Positions 38,234 through 46,611 are shown, numbered from the stretch's first letter. The stretch is DNA of 64,000 nt from Candidatus Parvarchaeota archaeon (GCA_030615175.1 JAUWZX010000001.1:460044-524043); one strand, 5' to 3'. Program-made: numbers and translations. Notes: generated from the sequence alone by a model not told the origin.

Positions 38234-38336
38234 TATTAACCTTTGTAGAAATCGAAGTATTAGGATATCAATAATAAAGACGGAGAGAAAAAACTTGTCA
38301 TCTGTTGTCTTTTATTCTATTCTAACAGGGTTATGG
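38234..38336. repeat. attC-like imperfect inverted repeat (103 bp)
   Basis: TATTAAC-5nt-TAGAAAT ... TATTCTA-5nt-GTTATGG, inner stem AATAAAGAC/GTCTTTTATT, 1 nt after a stop codon. Confidence 0.45.
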
Positions 38337-38420
38337 CCATTATTGCTCATTTAGACTAATATTAAATGGTGATACATTAATAGAAAAGATTATATTTTGG
38401 TATTATAATTATTATTTTAT

Positions 38421-38960
38421 ATGAAAATAAAGGACAATATAAAAAGAGTTGAAAAGTTAATTTTAAATATTAATAAAATAATTGATGAAGGAGCATTTAG
38501 TAATAATTCTAAAATGTTGGATGGGGCAAGAGATATGACAATCCAAACAAAACAATTAATTAGAACACTTTTTTCTGATGCTACAGATAGGATGAGTGAT
38601 TTTGTTGGAAGCATGAAAAATGCTGTAAAAAGAGACAGAGGCACGAAGTATTTTAAAGAGCAAGCGAAGGTAATACGCAGATATCTTGTTGTAATAAAGG
38701 ATTCTTTGGAATCAAGGGAAACAATTGAACTAAAAGAAAGTAAGTTAGATAAAATTGATAAAAAATTAAGAGAAATGGAAGTCGAATCCAAAAGGCGAGA
38801 GAAAGTTGCTGAAACTAAGTTTTGGGGCGCATCTATTGAGATGATAGATAAATTAAGAGAACAAATTAAGGAAGATGGAACTATTAAAGAAGAAATAATT
38901 AATATAAAAACTGAATTAAAAGAAATTAAGGAGATGCTTGTTAAGATTAAGAAAATTTAA
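38421..38960 (+). CDS. Hypothetical coiled-coil protein
   Basis: 179 aa, AT-rich. Confidence 0.65.
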   Translation: MKIKDNIKRVEKLILNINKIIDEGAFSNNSKMLDGARDMTIQTKQLIRTLFSDATDRMSDFVGSMKNAVKRDRGTKYFKEQAKVIRRYLVVIKDSLESRETIELKESKLDKIDKKLREMEVESKRREKVAETKFWGASIEMIDKLREQIKEDGTIKEEIINIKTELKEIKEMLVKIKKI

Positions 38961-38981
38961 TCTTTGAAAAGCAAAAGAAAT

Positions 38982-39123
38982 TAAGAACTTTGGGTTGCCC
39001 TAGAGCATGGCAAGTTGCCCAACGACTGTCTCTGAAGTAGCAAACGAATGATACTAAAACTAAAAGACAATTGGCACCTTATTGGGTGGCAGGGCAGTAG
39101 CCACAACACAAAAAACGTTCTTT
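38982..39123. repeat. Long imperfect hairpin (142 bp), attC-like or structured RNA
   Basis: Nested pairs AAGAAC/GTTCTT, TGCCCT/AGGGCA, GTTGCCCAA/TTGGGTGGC, TGTCT/AGACA, AGTA/TACT. Confidence 0.5.
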
Positions 39124-39127
39124 TTGG

Positions 39128-39164
39128 TGATTGGAGTCGAATTTATGCGTGAACGGTCTGACTC
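39128..39164 (+). repeat. 37-nt cassette repeat, copy B
   Basis: TGATTGGAGTCGAATTTATGCGTGAACGGTCTGACTC. Confidence 0.8.
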
Positions 39165-39172
39165 TTTTTAAA

Positions 39173-40384
39173 TCAGTATCCTTTATTTTTACCTTTTATT
39201 TTCCTTATTATTTTTTTCGTACCTTTTGCCATTTTTGAGAATGTTTTATATTTTATTTGGAAAAAAAGACCAACTATTATAAGCGTGCCTAATAATACTA
39301 ATGAACCTATTAAGCCATTACCGTCCATTATCATAAACCCTGTTGGTCCTGTATCAGATGTTATTCCAGTTTGATTCACTGAATCCTCTTCTATAACTTC
39401 TTCTACTTCGTCTTCTATTATTCTATCTTCTTCTATAACTTCTTCTGGCTCTTCAGTTAGTATTTCTTCTTCAATCTCTTTTTCTGGTTCTTGCTCTGGA
39501 GTGTATTCGCAGGCTTGAGTTTGTTGTATTACTGCAGAACAATTATTTAAATCTTCGCAAATTCTTGTTTGATATCCTGTTTCATTGCACTCACTCCATT
39601 CAGAGCAGTTATAGTTTGGAGTACACGTTGGTCTGAAAAATGTTCCTCCACCAGAAGGCGTTGGTGCAGGTACAACCCAAGTAATAATTATCTCTTTGGT
39701 TGAGAATGTAAGACAGAAATTAACTATTTTTGTTGTTTCATTATAAGTGAAAGTTATTGGATTATCATTAACTTTAATCGAGTAAGGTTCTCCTTTTTCC
39801 GCATAGATATCAAAGCATTTTTCTCCTGACGAAGTTACTTGTAAATTAATATTTTCGCTATCAGAAGTTATGGATTGAATTGTTACATTAAATTCAGGAA
39901 TTATTACATACGCTTCTTTGGTTTCTATATAAACCAATTCTTCACCGGGCGGAATTATCCTATCAACAGTTACGTTATTGGGTAGTGTAATAGTTGTAGT
40001 AATATTTTGTGAAGTTGGATTAGTTGTATTGTAAGTTATTGGTTCTATAGTTTCATCATCTTTTAGAGCGTATTGCTCTATAACGTATGTGTAGTTGCCA
40101 GCAGAATTCACTGCTGTTGTTAGAGTTAAAGTGGTTCTGTTATCAGTGCAAATGCATTTGAAAGATTTTACATTATTTTCTACACTTGCACTTAGTGCAG
40201 TGCAGTCCGGTTCTAGAGTATATTCGCCTTCATCTTGGATTGGTGAGATTGATATGCTCACTAATAGTTCCGTACATTCCCCATCAAAAATATTAATTGA
40301 ATCCCCACCAGTTAAAGCTAAAACTGGTTGAATAAGCATAAACATGAATGCTAAGAACATTATTTTTTTCATTTTATTAAACAC
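39173..40384 (-). CDS. Cell-surface protein with signal peptide, Cys motif, acidic linker and C-terminal TM anchor
   Basis: CTPNYNCSEWSEC...QTRICEDLNNC; E-rich stalk; PTGF then TM helix and basic tail. Confidence 0.8.
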   Translation of the reverse strand: MFNKMKKIMFLAFMFMLIQPVLALTGGDSINIFDGECTELLVSISISPIQDEGEYTLEPDCTALSASVENNVKSFKCICTDNRTTLTLTTAVNSAGNYTYVIEQYALKDDETIEPITYNTTNPTSQNITTTITLPNNVTVDRIIPPGEELVYIETKEAYVIIPEFNVTIQSITSDSENINLQVTSSGEKCFDIYAEKGEPYSIKVNDNPITFTYNETTKIVNFCLTFSTKEIIITWVVPAPTPSGGGTFFRPTCTPNYNCSEWSECNETGYQTRICEDLNNCSAVIQQTQACEYTPEQEPEKEIEEEILTEEPEEVIEEDRIIEDEVEEVIEEDSVNQTGITSDTGPTGFMIMDGNGLIGSLVLLGTLIIVGLFFQIKYKTFSKMAKGTKKIIRKIKGKNKGY

Positions 40385-40470
40385 ACCTTATTTTATTCCT
40401 CGTTTACATTTTTTCCGTCTTTCCCATAAAAAAAATAAAAAAGGAAAAAAAAGGGAAATCCATTTAATTA

Positions 40471-41487
40471 CTAATTTGGACTGATGTTTGTAGTTATTGT
40501 GTAAGTTCCTGGCGTCAATGCTACATTAAAGTCGTTGACGATATAGAAGCTCAGTATTTCTCCTGGTTGTAGTGTCAATGGTAGTTCAAGTGCTCCCACC
40601 AATTCTGCATATACATAGTTTGGTACATCCATATCTACTAATGGATTAGCCCAATCGAAGTAAGGAGTAACACCATCAGGTACTGACATTTGCTCATAGT
40701 CGTAGTCATTGAATCCAGTGCCAATTGCTAGATTTAATGCCCAATGGAAGTCTTCTCCAAGTTCAGATTTGTCAATAGTTATTGTGAATATTCCATCTGG
40801 ATTATTCTCACGGTCTCTTTCACCTGTTGCAGATACCCAGTCAAGTTCTGTTAATGGTGTGTTATCATAGCTTGAATGCCATCCCATCCAGCCATCGTCA
40901 ATCGTTGGTCCCCAAGGACTCATTAACCAAGTTCCCCAATCATATGTTGCATCTGTCCCATCGTTGTTGTGTATTTGGAACACTGGTTCGCCATCAATAG
41001 CTATGACCAATCCTACCGTCAGTTTACCATTACCTAATGGGTCGTATGGTTCTGTCATTGGATAGTCAATAGTCCATTTGATTGAATCGCCCAAATCCTC
41101 AACAGTTATATCTACTGGTTGTGTTCCAACTGTATCAACAAATGAATATTCTGTTTCTTTAAGATATGTTGTTGTAATTCCATCTATTACTCCAGTTTCG
41201 AAATTTACTGTTGCTGTAACTTCTGCGTTATTTGTTAATGTATGTGAGTCACTTATGATTGTATTTCCTGCCACACTTGGAGTGACATATGTGTTAATTT
41301 GTAGATAATTTCCTTCATCAACCAATACTGACTGCGCTACTGTTACCGTTCCTGTTATCGTTCCAAAAAACTCCAGTAACGCTCCGCTTGCTAATCCAGT
41401 CATTAACAAACCAAACACTAACAAAACACCAGTCCGTCTTCCTAATTTGCCTAATCTTTCTTGTATTTTCATGGTATTAATTGACAC
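40471..41487 (-). CDS. Secreted acidic beta-rich protein (TasA/SipW-substrate-like termini)
   Basis: Signal ...LASGALLEFFGTITGTVTV; C-terminal LQPGE...PGTYTITTNI. Confidence 0.65.
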   Translation of the reverse strand: MSINTMKIQERLGKLGRRTGVLLVFGLLMTGLASGALLEFFGTITGTVTVAQSVLVDEGNYLQINTYVTPSVAGNTIISDSHTLTNNAEVTATVNFETGVIDGITTTYLKETEYSFVDTVGTQPVDITVEDLGDSIKWTIDYPMTEPYDPLGNGKLTVGLVIAIDGEPVFQIHNNDGTDATYDWGTWLMSPWGPTIDDGWMGWHSSYDNTPLTELDWVSATGERDRENNPDGIFTITIDKSELGEDFHWALNLAIGTGFNDYDYEQMSVPDGVTPYFDWANPLVDMDVPNYVYAELVGALELPLTLQPGEILSFYIVNDFNVALTPGTYTITTNISPN

Positions 41488-41591
41488 TTAAAGATAGTTA
41501 TAAATGTTTCGATTCACTTTACTTTTAGTAAGTATTAGGTTTTTATGGTTCGGGAAAAATCAATAATGAGTATAACTTACTTTATTATTAG

Positions 41592-41864
41592 ATGACTAAC
41601 AAAGGCATTTTAAAGTTACTGGCAAAGAAGTATGTTTTTGAAATACTCACAGCACTAGAAGAAATGCCAAGAAGGTTTAAAGACTTACTCACAGCCTGTG
41701 AGGGCGAGAAAATGAGAACTCAAAGACTAAGAGAACTAGAAAATATTAAATTAATATTCGTAAGAGTCGAAAGGGTTGGTAGGAGACCAGTATCAATTTA
41801 TAACATTTCTAAAAGAGGCAGAGAAGCACTGCGTTTAATAAAGGAAATAAAAAAGATTATTTAA
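41592..41864 (+). CDS. HxlR-family winged-helix transcriptional regulator
   Basis: EILTAL...PRRFKDL...RLRELE...YNISKRG; divergent from the surface-protein pair. Confidence 0.8.
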   Translation: MTNKGILKLLAKKYVFEILTALEEMPRRFKDLLTACEGEKMRTQRLRELENIKLIFVRVERVGRRPVSIYNISKRGREALRLIKEIKKII

Positions 41865-41981
41865 TCTCATTAGCCATTCTCATCGGTTTAACATTCTAAA
41901 AAACCAAAAAAACGTTAATGTGTTCCTGCGCCCACGCAGTTTTAGAAGTCTAATTCATGGTGGGCTTCGCCAGCCAAGCAA

Positions 41982-41994
41982 GGCGGTCTGACAC
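41982..41994 (+). repeat. Cassette-repeat core (partial copy C)
   Basis: GGCGGTCTGACAC followed by TATA-like boxes. Confidence 0.75.
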
Positions 41995-42043
41995 ATAAAA
42001 AGCTATAAATAAAACTATAAATAAAGCATTTGAGCTAGAATAC

Positions 42044-42409
42044 TTGATGTCTGAAATCTTTGAATTATTAAATCAGTATAAAAAATTAGCAGAAGAATAT
42101 GGATGGAAGATGAACAAAGAAGGATTAGATGATGGATACTTATTCTTTGAAAAAATGTTCATAACAAAGAGCATTAAGGAAAGCAAGGGATTACTAGAAG
42201 ACCTAGGATATGAATCAAGATGGCAAATTGAACCATCAGTCCACATATTTAATAATGAATCCATAGGACCTGGATTCGAATTAGGATACTATAATGGAGA
42301 ATATGGACGAGGAATAAATATGACATTAAGATTAGATAAAAAATTAAAAAAACCACTAAAAAACGTATTTGAAGAATTAAAAATAGTAATTAAAAAAATA
42401 AAATCTTGA
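42044..42409 (+). CDS. Hypothetical protein (cassette gene)
   Basis: Stop codon TGA is the first three bases of repeat copy D. Confidence 0.65.
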   Translation: MMSEIFELLNQYKKLAEEYGWKMNKEGLDDGYLFFEKMFITKSIKESKGLLEDLGYESRWQIEPSVHIFNNESIGPGFELGYYNGEYGRGINMTLRLDKKLKKPLKNVFEELKIVIKKIKS

Positions 42410-42423
42410 TGGCGGTCTGACAC
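42407..42423 (+). repeat. Cassette repeat, internally shortened copy D
   Basis: TGAT-GGCGGTCTGACAC. Confidence 0.75.
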
Positions 42424-42469
42424 GTGAATGCACAAGTTTTATAAATTAATTAAACATGGATGTTTTGTC

Positions 42470-42817
42470 ATGGTTCAAAGGTATTTTATTGAATTATATG
42501 AAAACAATGAAGGGAAAGCCATGTTCACGTTTCCATACTATGAAGGCATGGAAAACATATTTCAAAAAGAATCATTTACTGGTTCGGATTTAATTAAGAA
42601 AGTTAAGCCATTCTTCTTTGAAGGAGGTAATGATTTTGTGAAAGAATATGAACAATTAAAACAACTAATTAATACTCAATTAAGTTATAAAGTTAAAACA
42701 GGATTCTACAAACCAGAACCACCCGTTAGAGTAGGCCTCAACGGAAATCTAACAATAGGACTTGATTCCGGACTTGATTTTTTAGAAAATTTATTACAGA
42801 AAATAAAGAAGAAATAA
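42470..42817 (+). CDS. Hypothetical protein (cassette gene)
   Basis: ATG 42470, 25 nt after TTTTATAAA; stop abuts repeat E. Confidence 0.65.
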   Translation: MVQRYFIELYENNEGKAMFTFPYYEGMENIFQKESFTGSDLIKKVKPFFFEGGNDFVKEYEQLKQLINTQLSYKVKTGFYKPEPPVRVGLNGNLTIGLDSGLDFLENLLQKIKKK

Positions 42818-42818
42818 T

Positions 42819-42855
42819 TGATAAGCATTAATTCTGTGTATGAACGGTCTGACAC
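42819..42855 (+). repeat. 37-nt cassette repeat, copy E
   Basis: TGATAAGCATTAATTCTGTGTATGAACGGTCTGACAC. Confidence 0.8.
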
Positions 42856-42954
42856 ACAAAATTTTAAATAACTCAAAACTTTATGATTACATGAAGAAAA
42901 GTAAAAATGAATTATACTTAAGATTTATAAAGAGAAAAAGGGAGGGGATTTATC

Positions 42955-43146
42955 ATAAAAAACGAAGAAGAACAGGAAATAAATGATTCGAAACCATTAC
43001 GTTGCAGACTAGGGTTGCATAAATGGGGTATGAAGATATATCATGAAGAAGAAGGCAGTTTTGAAGACCACTCAATCAAGTCATGTATTCTATGCGGCAA
43101 AGAAAAGAAAGGCACAAGGAAAATGGCATGGGATTATAGCAAATAA
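42955..43146 (+). CDS. Small Cys/His protein (DUF1660-like), non-canonical ATA start or start-mutated pseudogene
   Basis: Manual translation IKNEEEQEINDSKPLRCRLGLHKWG...SCILCGKEKK...DYSK; GGAGG SD and TTTATAA upstream; stop abuts repeat F. Confidence 0.55.
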   Translation: MKNEEEQEINDSKPLRCRLGLHKWGMKIYHEEEGSFEDHSIKSCILCGKEKKGTRKMAWDYSK

Positions 43147-43147
43147 T

Positions 43148-43184
43148 TGATAGGCATCAAGTTTGTGCGTGAACGATACGACGC
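43148..43184 (+). repeat. 37-nt cassette repeat, copy F
   Basis: TGATAGGCATCAAGTTTGTGCGTGAACGATACGACGC. Confidence 0.8.
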
Positions 43185-43223
43185 GCAATTATTTATATAA
43201 CTTATTACTAAACTTTTTTTAAA

Positions 43224-43835
43224 ATGATACAGAAAATCACTAAAGAAATAGTGCCTTACGATATACTAATACAAACTTTATGCAAGCTGCCTTATTATGG
43301 ACACGGCAAAGGATGCATAAATCATGGAAAAAAGAAAGGCTGCCCTCCACGAAAAACAATAGAAAAACATTTTAACTTAAATAAAGAATTATTCGTGATA
43401 TACACTAAATACAAAGTAGGAGAATTCGCGGAGAAAATGAGAATAAGACATCCAGAATGGACTGAGAAAGAATACCCTGACAAACAGGCAAGAAAAAAAG
43501 AACACATACTAGAAGAAATATTAAATAAATTAAGAGCAAAGCATCCGGACTGGCCGGAAACATACTACCAAAAGAAAATAACGAGTACTTGGAATTCATC
43601 AAGACAATGGTATAATCCCAGACGATGGCAGCAAACAGCAAGAAAGCAGCATGAAAAGGAATTAAAGAAATTAAAAAAAGAAGGAATAATAATTAATAGA
43701 TGCCCAGAAGCATTAGGAATAAATATTACGGGCTTAATGGCGAATATTGGAATTAAATTAAACTGGCAGTGGCCGCCAGAACATAACAAAGAAAACAAAA
43801 CTTACATAATTTCAATAGCAGGATATAAAAAGTAA
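43224..43835 (+). CDS. DUF2284-like predicted metal-binding protein
   Basis: LC...GCINHGKKKGCPP and CPEALGINI; internal repeat KMRIRHPEW / KLRAKHPDW. Confidence 0.6.
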   Translation: MIQKITKEIVPYDILIQTLCKLPYYGHGKGCINHGKKKGCPPRKTIEKHFNLNKELFVIYTKYKVGEFAEKMRIRHPEWTEKEYPDKQARKKEHILEEILNKLRAKHPDWPETYYQKKITSTWNSSRQWYNPRRWQQTARKQHEKELKKLKKEGIIINRCPEALGINITGLMANIGIKLNWQWPPEHNKENKTYIISIAGYKK

Positions 43836-43836
43836 T

Positions 43837-43873
43837 TGATGGCCAGTCATTTCATATAAGAGCGATGTGATAC
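43837..43873 (+). repeat. 37-nt cassette repeat, divergent copy G
   Basis: TGATGGCCAGTCATTTCATATAAGAGCGATGTGATAC, preceded by TAAT as in copies E and F. Confidence 0.6.
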
Positions 43874-43909
43874 AAAAATTTATGAATTCATAATCCTTAT
43901 TTGTAAGAA

Positions 43910-44521
43910 ATGAAGACTCGTAAAGGAAAAAAGGCATTAGTCATAAACCATAACTGTTCTGTAATAAAAGAATTAATAGATTTACTTAACTTAGAAGGTT
44001 ACTCTTCACTTAAATTAAGTTACAATAAACTAAGAGGAGTTAAAGCAGAAAATTTTAATGTAGTCTTCTCAGCAGGCGGAAAAACAAAAATAACTAATAG
44101 CACTGAACTAAAGGATGAATTAAGAATCTGGAAAGAATGCCAAGAAAAGGACATACCATTGATGGGCATTTGTCATGGAGCCCAAATAGGAGCTTATTAC
44201 TCAGGCGGTAAGTATTCTAAATTAAGAGTTGCCCGCAAAGGAATCTTTGATGATTACAAAGTTAAGAAAGATGACCCAATACTGAAAGGAATTAAAAAAC
44301 TGGTTGCAATAGACTGGCATGAATATGGAATAAACAGTGTTGGAAAAAAATGGGATATTATCATGACTGATAGTACTGGCGAGATTCAAATCGCAAAACA
44401 TAAAAATTCAAGAGTTTACTTAATTCAATTCCATCCAGAGTTAAAGAGACCGAAGAAGGGAAAACAAAAAACAAATGCTGAACTCATTATTAATAATTTT
44501 CTAAAAATTGTTAAAGAATAG
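43910..44521 (+). CDS. Stand-alone class I glutamine amidotransferase
   Basis: PLMGICHGAQ and QFHPE triad. Confidence 0.9.
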   Translation: MKTRKGKKALVINHNCSVIKELIDLLNLEGYSSLKLSYNKLRGVKAENFNVVFSAGGKTKITNSTELKDELRIWKECQEKDIPLMGICHGAQIGAYYSGGKYSKLRVARKGIFDDYKVKKDDPILKGIKKLVAIDWHEYGINSVGKKWDIIMTDSTGEIQIAKHKNSRVYLIQFHPELKRPKKGKQKTNAELIINNFLKIVKE

Positions 44522-44528
44522 TTTTTGG

Positions 44529-44565
44529 TGATAAACGTCAAATTTATGCGCAAATGACGTGACAA
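44529..44565 (+). repeat. 37-nt cassette repeat, copy H
   Basis: TGATAAACGTCAAATTTATGCGCAAATGACGTGACAA, preceded by TTTTTGG as in copy B. Confidence 0.75.
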
Positions 44566-44598
44566 GCATACAAAAGTATTTATTAATTAATTAAATAA

Positions 44599-44940
44599 AT
44601 GTTTTTCATGAAAGATAATGAACTAAATGATTTAGAAGTTGCACTGGACATGTATAAAACAGGCATGTCTAAAGCAAAGAATAAATATGTTACTGCAAAA
44701 AACTTAGCTGAATCCCTCGCTAGTTTTAAAGAAGTTTATGAAGCTGTTTTTGGAGCAGTATATGACAAGAAAACAATTAATTTAGATGATGACGGCGACT
44801 TTAATGAATTTGCTAAAGCACTGCTTGAACTGGAATTAAAAGACTTTACGACAGTCATTGAAGACGTATTTCAAATAGAAGACCATAAAGAAGCTGAAAT
44901 AGTTGCCAAACCATTCTATGAAAGATATGATAAATCATGA
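44599..44940 (+). CDS. Hypothetical acidic helical protein
   Basis: 113-aa ORF after repeat H and TATTTATTA. Confidence 0.65.
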   Translation: MFFMKDNELNDLEVALDMYKTGMSKAKNKYVTAKNLAESLASFKEVYEAVFGAVYDKKTINLDDDGDFNEFAKALLELELKDFTTVIEDVFQIEDHKEAEIVAKPFYERYDKS

Positions 44941-44951
44941 GCTGAGCTTAC

Positions 44952-44974
44952 CTTAACGCTCAAGAAATTTTGAG
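44952..44974. promoter_or_regulatory. 23-bp exact direct repeat, copy 1, containing palindrome CTCAA-N6-TTGAG
   Basis: CTTAACGCTCAAGAAATTTTGAG, identical to 46074-46096; directly upstream of BRE/TATA. Confidence 0.7.
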
Positions 44975-45012
44975 AAAACATATTTAAGCAAAAACCTTTA
45001 AAAAAAGGATTA

Positions 45013-45333
45013 ATGAAGTATTTTTTAGTATACAATAATTCTGAGAATAACCCTGTTATTGCTCAAATACGTTTGAATAAGGAACCAGTAATTGGTACAA
45101 GAATCTTATTCTATGATAAGGACCCAATGCTGGATTTTGAAGAAGAAGTGACAGGAGTAAAGAATGATTGCTTAAAAAACATAGACTACGCAAGCATTTA
45201 TAAGATAACCAAGAAATTAATTCACGATAATGGCATAATTGAAATAAGGAAAACAAAGAATTTCAGAGAAGAACCGAATTCAGAACTGGAAAGAAAGTTA
45301 ATAATGCTAAAGCCAAGCAACCACTCTAGTTAA
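45013..45333 (+). CDS. Hypothetical protein
   Basis: 106-aa ORF. Confidence 0.6.
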   Translation: MKYFLVYNNSENNPVIAQIRLNKEPVIGTRILFYDKDPMLDFEEEVTGVKNDCLKNIDYASIYKITKKLIHDNGIIEIRKTKNFREEPNSELERKLIMLKPSNHSS

Positions 45334-46042
45334 GAATCCTTGTTAAATCAAATTTTTTGCCATCAAATTCCCTTGTAATCTCGAAAAAATTAATTCCACG
45401 CTTATCAATATACTTTAATGAATAAGGAATGTCAGCGAAGATATTCAATTTCTCTAAATTTTTAATATTAAACCATTTATTAAGCCTGTCAACAGTCTTC
45501 TTTTTCAACTCACCAGCAAATTCATTACACTTGAAGACATAGAATAAATGATGAGAATGAATATCATCCTTATTATACGTTCTCATTGAGTAAATAATTT
45601 TAAGCTTTAAATCCTTAGGCACGTAACCAGTTCTCTCAATAGTTTGCCTGACAGCGCTTTCCTTAATTCCTTCCCCAAAACGCACTCTGCCAACAACACT
45701 AGTAGCCCAAACCCCTTTAAACGGCTCTCTTTCAAGCCTTGATAACAAAATCTTACCCTCCTCCCTAATAATCACTCCGGCAATAACAAATGGCTGCTTA
45801 TGAACCCCCATGTCATTTAAGTCAACATAAATCGCTAATTCATTGCCAGTATTAGTTAATGAATACAAACCATCCTCATCCTTTTTTATAATACCAAGCT
45901 TAACTAATTTATTCAAATGATAGTTGAAGTGATTAGAACGAATATTACTATCCTGCAACTGTGAAAAACTAAGTCCAGACGCATACATTAATTTCTTAAA
46001 AATGTTCTTTCGAACATCATGATTTAATAAATTTAACTCCAT
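45326..46042 (-). CDS. Winged-HTH plus degenerate NUDIX regulator (copy 1)
   Basis: FNYHLNKL...YSLTNTG HTH; NUDIX box GRVRFGEGIKESAVRQTIERTGY lacking catalytic Glu residues. Confidence 0.85.
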   Translation of the reverse strand: MELNLLNHDVRKNIFKKLMYASGLSFSQLQDSNIRSNHFNYHLNKLVKLGIIKKDEDGLYSLTNTGNELAIYVDLNDMGVHKQPFVIAGVIIREEGKILLSRLEREPFKGVWATSVVGRVRFGEGIKESAVRQTIERTGYVPKDLKLKIIYSMRTYNKDDIHSHHLFYVFKCNEFAGELKKKTVDRLNKWFNIKNLEKLNIFADIPYSLKYIDKRGINFFEITREFDGKKFDLTRILN

Positions 46043-46073
46043 GAAATAATATCCTTAATAAATCATTTATAAA

Positions 46074-46096
46074 CTTAACGCTCAAGAAATTTTGAG
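46074..46096. promoter_or_regulatory. 23-bp exact direct repeat, copy 2, containing palindrome CTCAA-N6-TTGAG
   Basis: Lies between the divergent TATA boxes of the 46042 and 46135 genes. Confidence 0.7.
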
Positions 46097-46134
46097 GAAA
46101 TCCATTTATACTGAAACTAATAATAGTTATAAAA

Positions 46135-46611
46135 ATGGAAAATGATGTTATTGCAGTGGAATTCTATGAAGATATGCTAGGGGACGGAATCAGGCATTCC
46201 ATACACATGGATGCGTTTAAAAAAGTTGTTTGCAAATGGTTGCTGGAGAATTACAGTGATGAATTTAAAGAAAAAGTAAATGAAGAAATGAACAAGATGA
46301 AATTAGAAGACATAACCGGGTACATCATTCATGGATATGTAAATATAATTGAAAACAAGAAAACAGAAAGTGATAGTAAATTAGAGGATATAATAAATGA
46401 TTTAATTAAGGATTTAAGGCAAAGTAGAATGGAAAGATTACTAGAACAAACTGCTGGAAAAGTAATACACAGAATGGTAGAGAAGTATGGTTTCAGGAGA
46501 AAAAGAGAATTGCGCTACGATCCTAAAGATCATTGGGAGATTAATAAATACGGTGAATTCAGTTGCAGTAAAATAGATAAGTATCTGAAAGAAATTAAGA
46601 TGAATGACTAA
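46135..46611 (+). CDS. Hypothetical protein
   Basis: 158-aa ORF. Confidence 0.6.
   Translation: MENDVIAVEFYEDMLGDGIRHSIHMDAFKKVVCKWLLENYSDEFKEKVNEEMNKMKLEDITGYIIHGYVNIIENKKTESDSKLEDIINDLIKDLRQSRMERLLEQTAGKVIHRMVEKYGFRRKRELRYDPKDHWEINKYGEFSCSKIDKYLKEIKMND

Noticed and set aside
42891..42986. 31-aa basic ORF upstream of the DUF1660-like frame
   Set aside because: It overlaps the TATA and SD of the better-supported downstream frame and has no motif.
39128..44565. 37-nt repeats as a CRISPR array
   Set aside because: The repeats are degenerate, the intervals are 0.3-2.8 kb and contain whole genes, and there are no cas genes.
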